DNA from: an uncultured Acidobacteriota bacterium
Lineage (GTDB): Bacteria; Acidobacteriota; Vicinamibacteria; Vicinamibacterales; SCN-69-37
Length of the DNA stretch: 64,000 bases
Assembly (NCBI GenBank): GCA_963764505.1
Contig: CAVXSP010000001.1
Location: forward strand, 2,036,614-2,100,613
Reading direction: 5' to 3'
The notes beneath the pieces were generated by a model. The model was not told where the DNA came from. It worked only from the letters and a program-made list of their open reading frames with translations, and searched no databases. A program made the position numbers and the translations under genes. How positions within the stretch are numbered: the stretch's first letter is position 1; every line of letters starts with the position of its first letter. This document shows positions 10,362 through 19,534 of this stretch, in pieces.

Positions 10362-11192
10362 ATGCCGCCCCGCCCTGTCGTTCTTTTTCAGTTCCATGCG
10401 CACTTCGACCTATGCCGGTCGCGGATTGCCCTGTTGAGGCGGCTGAACCCAGACCTGCGCCTCTACGGATTATATGGCGGTGATGCCGACAGCTTGAGGG
10501 AGGCGGCGGCACTGAAGCCGGCTGGTCTCGACGACGTCTATCTCGTCCTCGCGGACCAGCCGGCACGGAACAAGTGGAAGGATACCGACCTCGCCGTCGC
10601 GGAATGGTTCCGAACGATTGGCAGATCAATCTTGTTTGATCGGGTTCACGTAATTCAGTGGGATCTGCTCATATTCGACTCGCTGGATCGCGTCTACCCG
10701 CCGCTCGCGGATGACACCGTGGCGCTGACTGGCTTGACGCCATTGGCGGCTGTCGCGCATTTTTGGGATTGGACCGTACAGGAGCCACTGGCGACGACAT
10801 CGTCGGCGCTGATCGAGGCAATGCGGAGGCGCTTCAACTATCGAGGTGACCCCTTCGTTTGCATCGGTCCTGGCTATTCACTCTCGCGTGATTTCTTGGC
10901 ACGTTACAGCGACGTCGATCATGATCATGCGCTGGGTCATGACGAATTGCGGCTGCCGCTCTTTGCGGAAATGTTGGGGTTCAAGCTGATTGACACCGGA
11001 TTCTATCCGAGATGGCGTGACCCCGAGGTCGAATGCGTATTTAATGCCGATCCGAAAGAAATCGATCCAGAACGAGTCGCCGCAGAACTTCGCCGAGTCG
11101 GCGGTAGACGCGTCTTCCACCCGTGCCGGTCCCTATTCGATGCGGCGCAGATCAAGCGGCTGTCGAATCTGCTTGCCACCCAAGACGGATGA
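10362..11192 (+). CDS. Hypothetical protein (no family recognised)
   Basis: Intact 276-aa ORF with protein-like composition (VVLFQFHAHFDLCRSRIALLRRLNPDLRLYGLYGGDADSL...). Its stop lies 8 nt before the radical SAM gene start. Confidence 0.55.
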   Translation: MPPRPVVLFQFHAHFDLCRSRIALLRRLNPDLRLYGLYGGDADSLREAAALKPAGLDDVYLVLADQPARNKWKDTDLAVAEWFRTIGRSILFDRVHVIQWDLLIFDSLDRVYPPLADDTVALTGLTPLAAVAHFWDWTVQEPLATTSSALIEAMRRRFNYRGDPFVCIGPGYSLSRDFLARYSDVDHDHALGHDELRLPLFAEMLGFKLIDTGFYPRWRDPEVECVFNADPKEIDPERVAAELRRVGGRRVFHPCRSLFDAAQIKRLSNLLATQDG

Positions 11193-11199
11193 AGCGCTT

Positions 11200-12334
11200 A
11201 TGCAGTCCGACATCCTGATCGCAACGCCACTCTGGTGGCCGAGCGGTGACGCCCGGCTCCACAACTTCGAGCGAGAGGTGACGCTCGAGGAGACGGAGCG
11301 TGTTCTGTTGAAGTCCTGGTCAGGACCGAGGACGGTGGCCGAGGTGATAGCCTCTACGGGACTTCCTGCCGCGGTCGTGGAGGCCGGGGCTACTCAACTG
11401 CTGCGTGAGGGGATCCTCGTACGGATGGTTGAGGCCAAGGACCAGACACCGGCGATCGAAATTGAGATTACGGCTGCGTGCCAGGCCAAGTGCTCTTTTT
11501 GTCCTCGGGAGGTCATCAAGAAGAGCCGGGGTTTCGGCCACATGACACGAGAGGTGTTTCGCGACGTGCTGGAGAGCACAAGCGGAAGAGACGTCCCCGC
11601 CTTCTGCTTTTGTGGAATCGGCGAGCCGCTGCTCCACCCGCATTTTTTGGAGTTTACCCGCGCAGTGCGCAATAGAAACCCTCAGGCGAAACTGTTCTGC
11701 TATTCAAACGGATGGGATCTCTCTGGGACGTGCAGGCCGGGTGCTCCTCGAGTCGCCAATAGAAACGCTCGTGGTGTCAGTGCACGCCTACAATCGGGAC
11801 GTACGCAATCGCCTCATGCAGTTGCCCGAGGGCACAGATGTGCTCGGCGAAATCGATCGCCTGTTGGCGGCGGCGCATGCGGGACGTCGGCTCCTCGAGA
11901 TCCGTGTCGGGCAGGTGGAGCTTCCAGACTTGCCACGCGACGAGAGACTCGTGTCATGGTGCGCGGAACGGAACATCGCATTCGATTCGTGGACCGCGTG
12001 GAACCGTGGGGGCAACGTTGCCATAGGGGGCCAGCGTGCGCCGTGGGTGAACGTCAGCCCGGACTCCTGTTACCATTTTGCGAGCACGATTTTCGTAGAT
12101 TATCGCGGGAATGTCTTAGCGTGCTGTTGTGATGCGCGAGGCGTTACGTCGGACTACCGACTCGGCCCGTCGACGCTCGAAGACGTCATCAACGGGCGCC
12201 TGCGGATCTTGGCGGCTGGACAGCCGCTGACGCGACTGTGCACAGGCTGCGATGCGAGTCTCTCGAACAAGACATTCATCAAGACGAGCTTCTACGCAGC
12301 CGCTCTAGCCAATGAGTCTCCTCATTCGGCCTGA
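11200..12334 (+). CDS. Radical SAM enzyme with C-terminal Cys-rich (SPASM/twitch-like) region and N-terminal PqqD/RRE-like winged-helix segment; one frameshift as assembled
   Basis: ATG at 11200 (MQSDILIATPLWW...). The radical SAM CX3CX2C motif is ITAACQAKCSFCP, followed by GIGEPLLHP. The frame changes near 11712-11720 (KLFCYSNGW | ISLGRAGRVLLESPIETLVVSVHAYN). The C-terminal Cys cluster is CYHFASTIFVDYRGNVLACCCDARG...CTGCD. N-terminal residues ~20-75 (DARLHNFEREVTLEETERVLLKSWSGPRTVAEVIASTGLPAAVVEAGATQLLREGILV) look PqqD-like. Confidence 0.75.
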
Positions 12335-12724
12335 ACCGAGGCAGCGAGCGGCTGGCGGAGGCGCAGAATGGCATTCACGGGCGCCGGACAGGACGATGCA
12401 CGCGGTCGAGAGACAATCGCGACGATCGAGGCGCGGCCGTGGCGCTGTTCTGCAAGCTGATTGTCCTCGTCGTAGATGCACGGACGGCGGCACGCGATCA
12501 CGAAACGGGCCGTTCGGTCGCGACAAAAGGCCGTATGGCGACGAGCGGCCGCGTCCCGAGTTCACTTTTGTATGATCGGCCGCCGCGTAGACGGGTGGAG
12601 CAGGACCGGATAGGCTGTGGTAGTCACAGAGACGGGAGATGCGCTGTACGGGGTGACGGGAGTGGTGGCGGGCTGGTACAGCGGGGTTCTCGGCGCAGTC
12701 CTTTGCTTTGCCACCTCCTCCCCG

Positions 12725-13089
12725 ATGAGCGGAGACCCCGACCCGGGTAACGAGCTGCCGTTCGGCTCGGTGGAGACACCAGCCGCCCCGGGACAGCCGT
12801 TGCCGGAGGGAGCCGCATGACAGTTTCAGGGTGGGCGCTCGATGATCCGGCCGTGGCCGGCGTCCGCGTGTTCGTGGACGGGCGGTTTGAGGCGAGGACG
12901 GGGATCAGCATTCTCCGGTCGGATTTGATCAAGGTCTATCCGCAATACCTGCACGGCACGGACCGGCACGGCTGGAAAATAGACGTGGCCGTGCCAGCAC
13001 AGCCTGGAGCCCGCACGGTGCTCGCGCGGGCCGTCGATGACGGCGGCGCCACGCACGATCTGACGACCGTCTCCATCACGGTGCGGTGA
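12725..13089 (+). CDS. Small Ig-like domain protein (module often fused to glycosyltransferases), one frameshift as assembled
   Basis: ORF 12617-12820 ends ...MSGDPDPGNELPFGSVETPAAPGQPLPEGAA. ORF 12817-13089 continues with MTVSGWALDDPAVAGVRVFVDGRFEARTGISILRSDLIKVYPQ...TTVSITVR. The junction is near 12810. The start is uncertain (ATG 12725 or GTG 12617). Confidence 0.5.
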
Positions 13090-13117
13090 CCGGAAGACGT
13101 GTGGGGAGTCGTTCCTG

Positions 13118-14284
13118 ATGGGCTGGATCAAACGGGGCGCGGCGGCTCCTCGGACGCTCTTCATCTCGCACGACGACTTCAGGGCCGGCGCCCCGATCGT
13201 CCTGCTGCGTCTTCTCAGCTGGCTGAAATCAGAGACCTCGGTGGAGTGTGAGGTCCTGCTGAGGGACTGCTACAACGATCTGCGGCCGGAATTCGAGAGC
13301 CTCGCGCGCGTATCGACCTGGCAGGTCGATGGCTTGGGTGAGGCGGCAATGACCGCGCATAGGGATGCACTGCTACGCCGCTGGGGCCGATCCGAATTCG
13401 ATTTGATCTATTCCAACACGATCACGAACGGCGCCGTGCTCGAGGCCCTGTCGGTCCTGGGCATTCCCGTCATCACGCACGTGCACGAGCTTGGGTTCTG
13501 GATACGACACCGGCTAGGGCCTCTGGGCGTCGAGCAGGTCACCCGCCGGACGAATCGGTACATCGCTGCCTCGGAGGCGGTGCGCGCGAACCTCATTCAA
13601 GACGTCGGCGTTCCGGAGTCGTGCGTAGACGTGGTGTACCAGTTCGTGCCCAGCGTGTTCCCGCATGTCTCGGACGGGGAGCGGTCGGCCCTGCGGAAGC
13701 GTCTGGGCATCCCCCATGACGCGTTCGTAATTGGTGGCTGCGGAACAATGGACTGGCGGAAAGGTCCGGACCTTTTCGTGCAGATCGCGGCGACGGTCGC
13801 GAGGAGGTCGCTGGCCGGCATCCATTTCGTCTGGCTTGGCGGCAACTTGCACGGGCTTGAGATGGCGCAACTTCGCCACGACGTTCAGCGTGCTGGCGTT
13901 GGGGCGATGATCCACTTCGTGGGAACGGTGGAGAAGCCCTGGGCCTATCTCGCCCTGTTCGACGTCTTGGCACTCACGTCACGTGAGGATCCGTTCCCAC
14001 TGGCGAACCTGGAAGCCGCGTCTCTCGGCGTGCCGATCGTGTGCTTTGCGCAGTCTGGCGGCTCCCCTGAGTTCGTGGAACCGGACTGCGGGTACGTCGT
14101 GCCGTACCTGGATCTCGAGGCGATGACGGCTCGCCTGCTGGAACTGCACGCCGATCCCGACCTTCGGCTCGCGATGGGGCGTCTGGCGCAGGAAAGGGTA
14201 CGCGAGCGCCACGTGGTGTCGGTCGCCGGTCCACGAATCCTGGACATCATGAACCACGTGGCGGTCAACGTCCGCGGAAGATGA
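13118..14284 (+). CDS. Glycosyltransferase family 4 (GT-B)
   Basis: Intact 388-aa ORF with VITHVHE, GGCGTMDWRKGPDLF and the EX7E-type region SREDPFPLANLEAASLGVPIVCFAQSGGSPEFV. Confidence 0.85.
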   Translation: MGWIKRGAAAPRTLFISHDDFRAGAPIVLLRLLSWLKSETSVECEVLLRDCYNDLRPEFESLARVSTWQVDGLGEAAMTAHRDALLRRWGRSEFDLIYSNTITNGAVLEALSVLGIPVITHVHELGFWIRHRLGPLGVEQVTRRTNRYIAASEAVRANLIQDVGVPESCVDVVYQFVPSVFPHVSDGERSALRKRLGIPHDAFVIGGCGTMDWRKGPDLFVQIAATVARRSLAGIHFVWLGGNLHGLEMAQLRHDVQRAGVGAMIHFVGTVEKPWAYLALFDVLALTSREDPFPLANLEAASLGVPIVCFAQSGGSPEFVEPDCGYVVPYLDLEAMTARLLELHADPDLRLAMGRLAQERVRERHVVSVAGPRILDIMNHVAVNVRGR

Positions 14285-15417
14285 ACGTCGCCCAGGGAAG
14301 TGCCCGTGCGCTGGCCCGAAGCGCGCGAATACTCGCGTTCTACCTGCCGCAGTTCCATCCGATCCCGGAGAACGATCGATGGTGGGGCCGCGGTTTCACC
14401 GAGTGGACCAACGTGGCGCAGGCGAAGGCCCTGTTCCGGGGCCACCGCCAACCCCATGTACCCGCGGATCTTGGTTTCTACGATTTGCGGTTGCCCGAAG
14501 CGCGTGCCGCCCAGGCCGATCTAGCGCGCGCGCACGGTATCGCAGGCTTCTGCTACTGGCACTACTGGTTTCGGGGAACGCGGCTGCTCGAGCATCCATT
14601 CGAGGCGGTCCTGCGTTCACGGCAGCCGGAATTCCCGATTGCACTGGCCTGGGCCAACGAATCGTGGTCCCGGCGATGGCTCGGAGAGGAGCGCGACGTT
14701 CTGCAACCGCAGACCTACTCCGCCGACGACGATGAAGCACACGCGCGGTGGCTGGCGAGAGCTTTCGATGATCCGCGGTACGTCCGGGTGGAGGGCAGGC
14801 CCCTGTTCCTCGTATATCGCCCCAAGGATCTGCCTGACCCGGCGGCCACTACAAGACGGCTTCGCGATGTATGCCGGGCCGAAGGTGTGGGCGAGCCATA
14901 TCTGGTCGGCATCAACGCGCACTGCCTGCACGTGGACTGTCGGACGATTGGGTTCGACGACACGCTGCATTTCGAGCCCCAGCTCGGTGCGCTCCCCGGG
15001 GCCTTCGATGATGGCTTCCGGCTTTCAAGGCTCGCAAGGAACATCCGCCTCTCGGTGCGGAGCGCACGATTGAAAGTGTACGACTACGCCGCGGCGAGGG
15101 AGGTCATGAACGCCCGGCGCCCTCCTTGGCCGACGATTCCGAGCATTTTCGTTGGCTGGGACAACAGCCCTCGGCGGGGACGGCACGGTATCGTCATCGT
15201 CGGCTCCACGCCGCAGCGCTTCGAAGCCGGACTGAGAACCGTCACCGATCTCGTTGCGTCCCGACCGGCCGAGGAGCGGCTCGTGTTCGTGAATGCGTGG
15301 AACGAGTGGGCCGAAGGGAACCATCTCGAACCGGATTTCGAGTTCGGCCGAGCGTACCTGGAGGCCGTCACACGCGTCGTCGGCGATCGGGGCACGAGCG
15401 GCCAAACGCTGGAGTGA
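14281..15417 (+). CDS. WbsX-family glycosyltransferase/glycan-processing protein (intact paralog)
   Basis: Intact 378-aa ORF with ILAFYLPQFHPIPENDRWWGRGFTEWTNV, FCYWHYWF, ALAWANESWSRRW, FVGWDNSPRR and FVNAWNEWAEGNHLEP, the hallmark blocks of the WbsX family. It has a 4-nt overlap with the upstream GT4 gene. Confidence 0.8.
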   Translation: MNVAQGSARALARSARILAFYLPQFHPIPENDRWWGRGFTEWTNVAQAKALFRGHRQPHVPADLGFYDLRLPEARAAQADLARAHGIAGFCYWHYWFRGTRLLEHPFEAVLRSRQPEFPIALAWANESWSRRWLGEERDVLQPQTYSADDDEAHARWLARAFDDPRYVRVEGRPLFLVYRPKDLPDPAATTRRLRDVCRAEGVGEPYLVGINAHCLHVDCRTIGFDDTLHFEPQLGALPGAFDDGFRLSRLARNIRLSVRSARLKVYDYAAAREVMNARRPPWPTIPSIFVGWDNSPRRGRHGIVIVGSTPQRFEAGLRTVTDLVASRPAEERLVFVNAWNEWAEGNHLEPDFEFGRAYLEAVTRVVGDRGTSGQTLE

Positions 15418-15427
15418 GGCAGGTGCG

Positions 15428-16951
15428 ATGGGCGTAGAAGGCCACACGCCGGAACCATCCCTTCGTCCGCGGTTCGTGCTCTCGGTCGCGGTCGGCGCGG
15501 CCTGGTTGGCTGGCTGGATCGTCCGCACGCACTCGGCGAGTCCGAATGTCGACGACTTCTTGTACACGATCCTGGCCCATCGATTGTGGGTGCCACTCTC
15601 CCGAGGGCACCTCATTGAGGCCGTCCACATCTTCCTGACGAGCGGCGAGACGGCGCCGTTGATTCCCGGGCTGGGAGCGCCGCTGTCAGGGTTTGGACCT
15701 GATGTCGTCGTCCTCATTCAGCTCCCGCTGCTGCTGACACTCTCGAATCTCATTTTTGCCATTGTCGAGCGGGTCCAGGGAACGCGTGTGGCCCTCGTGG
15801 CAGCGCTTGCCACGGCGCTGTCGCCGCCCGTCCTGAACTGGTCGTTGATGGTGCACATGGCCCTGGCGAGTGCTGTGTGCACTCTGGCGGCCTTAGACGT
15901 ATACCTGCGCTCCGATGCGTTCGCTCGCAGAGGGCCGACGTTATGGCTCGGAGTCTCAATCGGCTTGCTCGCGCTGAGCCGATCGATGGCGCCCGTGTAT
16001 GTTTCGGCAGTCTGCGGGGCGTTTCTGGTGAGCGCACTGCTCGTCCACCGAGGAGACATTCTCGGCAAGGCAGGCAACGTCGCTTTCGGAGCGGTTGCCG
16101 CCGCCGTGATTGCCGGCCCGTGGTACTGGACGAGCGGCCTCACCGCCTTGAACTATCTGATCGCGTCCGGGTATCTGGGCCGGACCGGGTTCATCGAGAT
16201 CGGCAATCCGCTGCGCGTCCGCTTTGACGCGACGTTGCGGGACATCGGTGCGGCGCAGGCAGGCCTCCTGTTGCTGATGGGCGTGCTTTCCATTGCAGGC
16301 CGGCTCCGCGAGCGGAGGACCGTCCCGCAACCGAAGATCGAAACGGACACCCAATGCGTCTTGTTCACGTTCGGAGCGCTCGCCATGGCGCTGTTGAGCA
16401 CGAGCGGCAACCCCGGCACCGCGTTCGATCTTCCGGTCGTGGTGACGCTGATGCCGGCACTGGTTCTCTGTCTTCCGCGCGGCGGGGCCGCCCTGAAGAT
16501 TTCAGCGGCCGCTTCTCTGCTCGTCTCCGGGCTGGCAATCGCGCAAAGCTGTCTTGCGCCAGGCTGGGAAGATCGCGCCTTCATGGCCCCGGCACCAGAG
16601 TATGCAGGCGGAATCGCCTTGGCCACAGGGCAGGCCGATCTTCAGCAGTCAGTGCTCACCGATCGTATCGGCGCCCTTGTCGGTGACCACGACCTCTTCG
16701 TGGTACGAGACGACGCCGTCGTGAACGTGAACGGTCTCAGCTACTACAAGATCAGGACAGGAGCCAGCGGCGTGGTGGGTTGGCCTTCGTATGCGCCAGA
16801 GGACAGGCGCGTCGTAGTGCCGGAAGACTATGACTTCGTGCTCACCGGGCGCAGCTGCGCGCCATACCATCGGAACGTCGACTCAGCGTACCTGGAGTCG
16901 TCTCTCGAGGTCGGGGGCTGGCTGCGGATCTTCAGCCGACGTGTGTGTTGA
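15428..16951 (+). CDS. Polytopic membrane protein, GT-C-like (ArnT/PMT-type) glycosyltransferase or polymerase candidate
   Basis: ATG at 15428 inside ORF 15293-16951 (MGVEGHTPEPSLRPRFVLSVAVGAAWLAGWIV...). About 10 or more hydrophobic helices occupy the first ~400 aa, followed by a soluble C-terminal ~120 aa. The functional call rests on architecture only. Confidence 0.55.
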   Translation: MGVEGHTPEPSLRPRFVLSVAVGAAWLAGWIVRTHSASPNVDDFLYTILAHRLWVPLSRGHLIEAVHIFLTSGETAPLIPGLGAPLSGFGPDVVVLIQLPLLLTLSNLIFAIVERVQGTRVALVAALATALSPPVLNWSLMVHMALASAVCTLAALDVYLRSDAFARRGPTLWLGVSIGLLALSRSMAPVYVSAVCGAFLVSALLVHRGDILGKAGNVAFGAVAAAVIAGPWYWTSGLTALNYLIASGYLGRTGFIEIGNPLRVRFDATLRDIGAAQAGLLLLMGVLSIAGRLRERRTVPQPKIETDTQCVLFTFGALAMALLSTSGNPGTAFDLPVVVTLMPALVLCLPRGGAALKISAAASLLVSGLAIAQSCLAPGWEDRAFMAPAPEYAGGIALATGQADLQQSVLTDRIGALVGDHDLFVVRDDAVVNVNGLSYYKIRTGASGVVGWPSYAPEDRRVVVPEDYDFVLTGRSCAPYHRNVDSAYLESSLEVGGWLRIFSRRVC

Positions 16952-16999
16952 GTCCCTGCAACGAACTCGTGTTGTGGCGACGACCAGTCCTGTCACGGA

Positions 17000-17040
17000 G
17001 CCGAAGCGGCAATGACCCGCTTGCCGGGCGGTCCTTCGGC
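17000..17040. terminator. Possible bidirectional stem-loop between convergent genes
   Basis: gccgaag(17000-06)/cttcggc(17034-40) and cggcaa(17007-12)/ttgccg(17021-26) pair around an 8-nt loop. No U-tract follows. It sits between the stops at 16951 (+) and 17078 (-). Confidence 0.3.
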
Positions 17041-17077
17041 GCCTGAAGATCATGGAGTGGTGGCGTCGGCGCGGGTC

Positions 17078-19326
17078 TCATCGACGTGTGCGCATTCTCA
17101 GCGCCAGCTCGTAGCACGTACGAAGGGGAGCCGTGATTCTCCAGCTCAGCGAACGCCGCAAGGCTGCGATTTCGTCGATGGCTCGCTGCATCTCGCGGCG
17201 GATCTCGAGAAATTCGGCTCTGACCGGGGGAAGATCTCCGGCCAGTTCTCTCCGGTGGTAGGACGCCGCACAGTCTGGCGAGACCGTCTCGCTGAGCGCG
17301 GCGATCCATTCCGGGCTGTCATCCGCCGACTCACCGGGCGCCGTGCCGTTGACGTCGAGCGCGAATGCCAGGAATGTTGCAGCTTCGTCGGGCCGTCCCG
17401 CCAGTCGATGTTGACGCCAGTGATCGAAAGCTGCGTCACGGTAGTGCCGGCGAACAGCGGCAGCCACCTTTCCAGCGTCGGGAATGCGATCGCGGCGCTG
17501 GCTGAGCACGAGCATCTTGCCGAGGTAACCGTGTTGGAGTTCGCTGACTCCGGAGAAACGCCCCGTCTCCTGTGCGTCGTGCCGACGATAGCGAACCAGC
17601 GGGGCGACCAGGTACCCGACGTCGAAGAAGAGGGCCGCCCGCATCCACAGCTCCCAGTCCGCGGTGAACGGGAGGCTGTGACTGAACTTCCCGATCCGTT
17701 CGTAACACGCCCTGCGCACAAGAACGCTCGGACACGAGACGATGTTCGGTCCCGTCACGAGTGTCCTGAAGAAGTCCGCTCCCGAATGGAGGCCCTCTTG
17801 CTCCGGTCTGGGTTCGAAATACCACCACCCGGAAATCACCTCTCCCCCGGCGTCCACCTGTAGGACGCTGGAGTAGACGAAGCCCGCGGATGGGTGCTCA
17901 TCGAGGAACGCGACCTTCGACGAGACGTTGTCGGGTTCCATGACATCGTCTTGGTGGAAGATGCAGATGTACTCGCCGCGTGCGAGGTCCAGGCACCGGT
18001 TCCAGTTGCCAACCAGGCCGAGTCGTGAGGCGTTCGAGAACAGCCGCACGCGCGGGTCCGAGAAGGACCCAGACACGCCGCGGCTGTCGTCGTCGGACGC
18101 GTCGTCGACGATCAGAAGCTCGAAATCACCGAACGACTGACCCAGGACGCTTTGGATCGACTCGGCCAGAAACCGTGCACCGTTGCAGGTGGGAATGCAG
18201 ACTGTGAGTTTAGGCCGGGGCTTCGTGACGGCGGTTGAACGCCCACCGGCCGCCGGGTGGGTTTCCACCGCGCGGGCCGGCGATCGAAGCGCCTCGCGAG
18301 TCGCCTCCAGGTAGGCGCGACCGGACCGCTTGTCGGGCTCGAGATGCGCGCCTTCAGCCCATTCGTTCCAGGCGTTCACGAAGACGAACGAGTCCTGCTG
18401 GTCGACGGACCGCTGCAGGGCGCCCTCCAACCAGGCTCGGTACAGCGCTGGGGTGGATCCGGTCACGACCGTGGCGTGCCGCCGACGCCGCGGCGTATTG
18501 TCCCAGCCCGTCGTGACGCACCGGAAGTAGCGAAACGCCGGGTGCGCCTTGGCGAGCGCTGCCTCGACCAGGTTCGCATACGCGTAGACGCGGTTCTGGT
18601 CGCCAAACATGGCCTCTGGAATACCGAGCCGCAACCAGTCTGGCTGGAACTCGACCGCGGCATCGAAGCCGAGCGAGGCGGGGTCGACCCGATCGCCCGC
18701 GAAGTTCTCGACCGACGCAGGAAGAGCTCGCCCACGCCGAGCCGCTCGGCCTCGTTCCGCCAGACGTCGGCCAGCCGGCGTGGATCGGGCAGCACGTCGG
18801 ATCCGGTAGACGAGCAGCAACGGCTTCCCGTCGACCCGCACGTAGCGGGGATCGGCAAGCGCTGGTGCCAGCCACGCGGATGTGGGCCAGCTCGTCGTCG
18901 GACGCTGTAGCACTGCGGCACCAGCACGTCGTCGTTGCCGCCGTCCCACGCACGGGTCCAGTTCTCGTTGGCCCAGCAGAGGCAGAACGGGAAGTCGGGC
19001 TCGCCGGACTCGAGGACCTCCGTGAACGGCCGCTCGAGCAGCCGCCGGCCGCCGAACCAGTAGTGGTAGTAGACGAAGCCGTCGATCCCGTGGTCGCTGC
19101 GCCAGCTCGGCCTGCGCTGCGCGCACCTCGGGCAGCGCGCAGGTCGTAGAAGCCGAGCTCGGACGGCAAGGTGGGGCTGCACGTGCCCGAGAACAGCGGC
19201 GCCGCCGCGGACGACGTTCGTCCATTCGGTGAACCCGGCGCCCCAGCCACGGTCGTTCTCCGGGATCGGGTGGAACTGCGGCAGGTAGAACGCGATCAGT
19301 CTGGCCGATCCGCTGGCTGCGCTCAT
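17078..19326 (-). pseudogene. WbsX-like domain fused to GT2 domain with coiled coil and SWRxTxPLR tail; ~7 frame changes in the WbsX half as assembled
   Basis: The start is MSAASGSARLIAFYLPQFHPIPENDRGWGAGFTEWTNV (ATG 19326-19324). WbsX blocks are scattered over three frames between ~19200 and ~18715 (SELGFYDLR; LPEVRAAQAELA; GIDGFVYYHYWFGGRRLLERPF...CLCWANENWTRAWDG; WLAPALADPRYVRVDGKPLLLVYRI; LPDPRRLADVWRNEAERLGVGELFL). From there a single frame runs to 17078 (TTGWDNTPRR, FVNAWNEWAEGAHLEP, then GT2: LTVCIPTCNGARFLAESIQSVLGQS, LLIVDDASDDDS, ICIFHQDD). The tail is IDEIAALRRSLSWRITAPLRTCYELALR. Confidence 0.75.
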
Positions 19327-19534
19327 GGCAGGTCGGCGACATTCTATCTGGACCAGCATCTCGCCGCTTGCCGCCCTGTCCCGAGGAGCTCTGGCGAGTT
19401 TGATTAACGGCCAACAAGCCGGCTACGCTGCGGCGCGCGAGTGCTTTCGAAAGCGACCGTGGCAATCGGGCGGACGTACGATGTCGGCCGTGCACGCGAC
19501 AGGATCGCGTCGAAAGAGTTGTCAAGAGGCAAGT

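Noticed and set aside
12322-12498. 58-codon minus-strand ORF (GTG start, IACRRPCIYDEDNQLAEQ...) as a precursor peptide for the radical SAM enzyme
   Set aside because: It has no ATG and no SD that I could see. It is convergent with and overlaps the rSAM 3' end, and open frames of this length arise by chance at this GC content. It is kept only as a note inside the rSAM finding.
15428-16951. Large polytopic membrane proteins (also 28525-30041) as the missing exosortase
   Set aside because: They have 10 or more helices plus a large soluble domain and I could not recognise any exosortase-like conserved Cys/Arg/His arrangement. The architecture fits GT-C-type transferases or polymerases better. 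This is unverified without HMMs.
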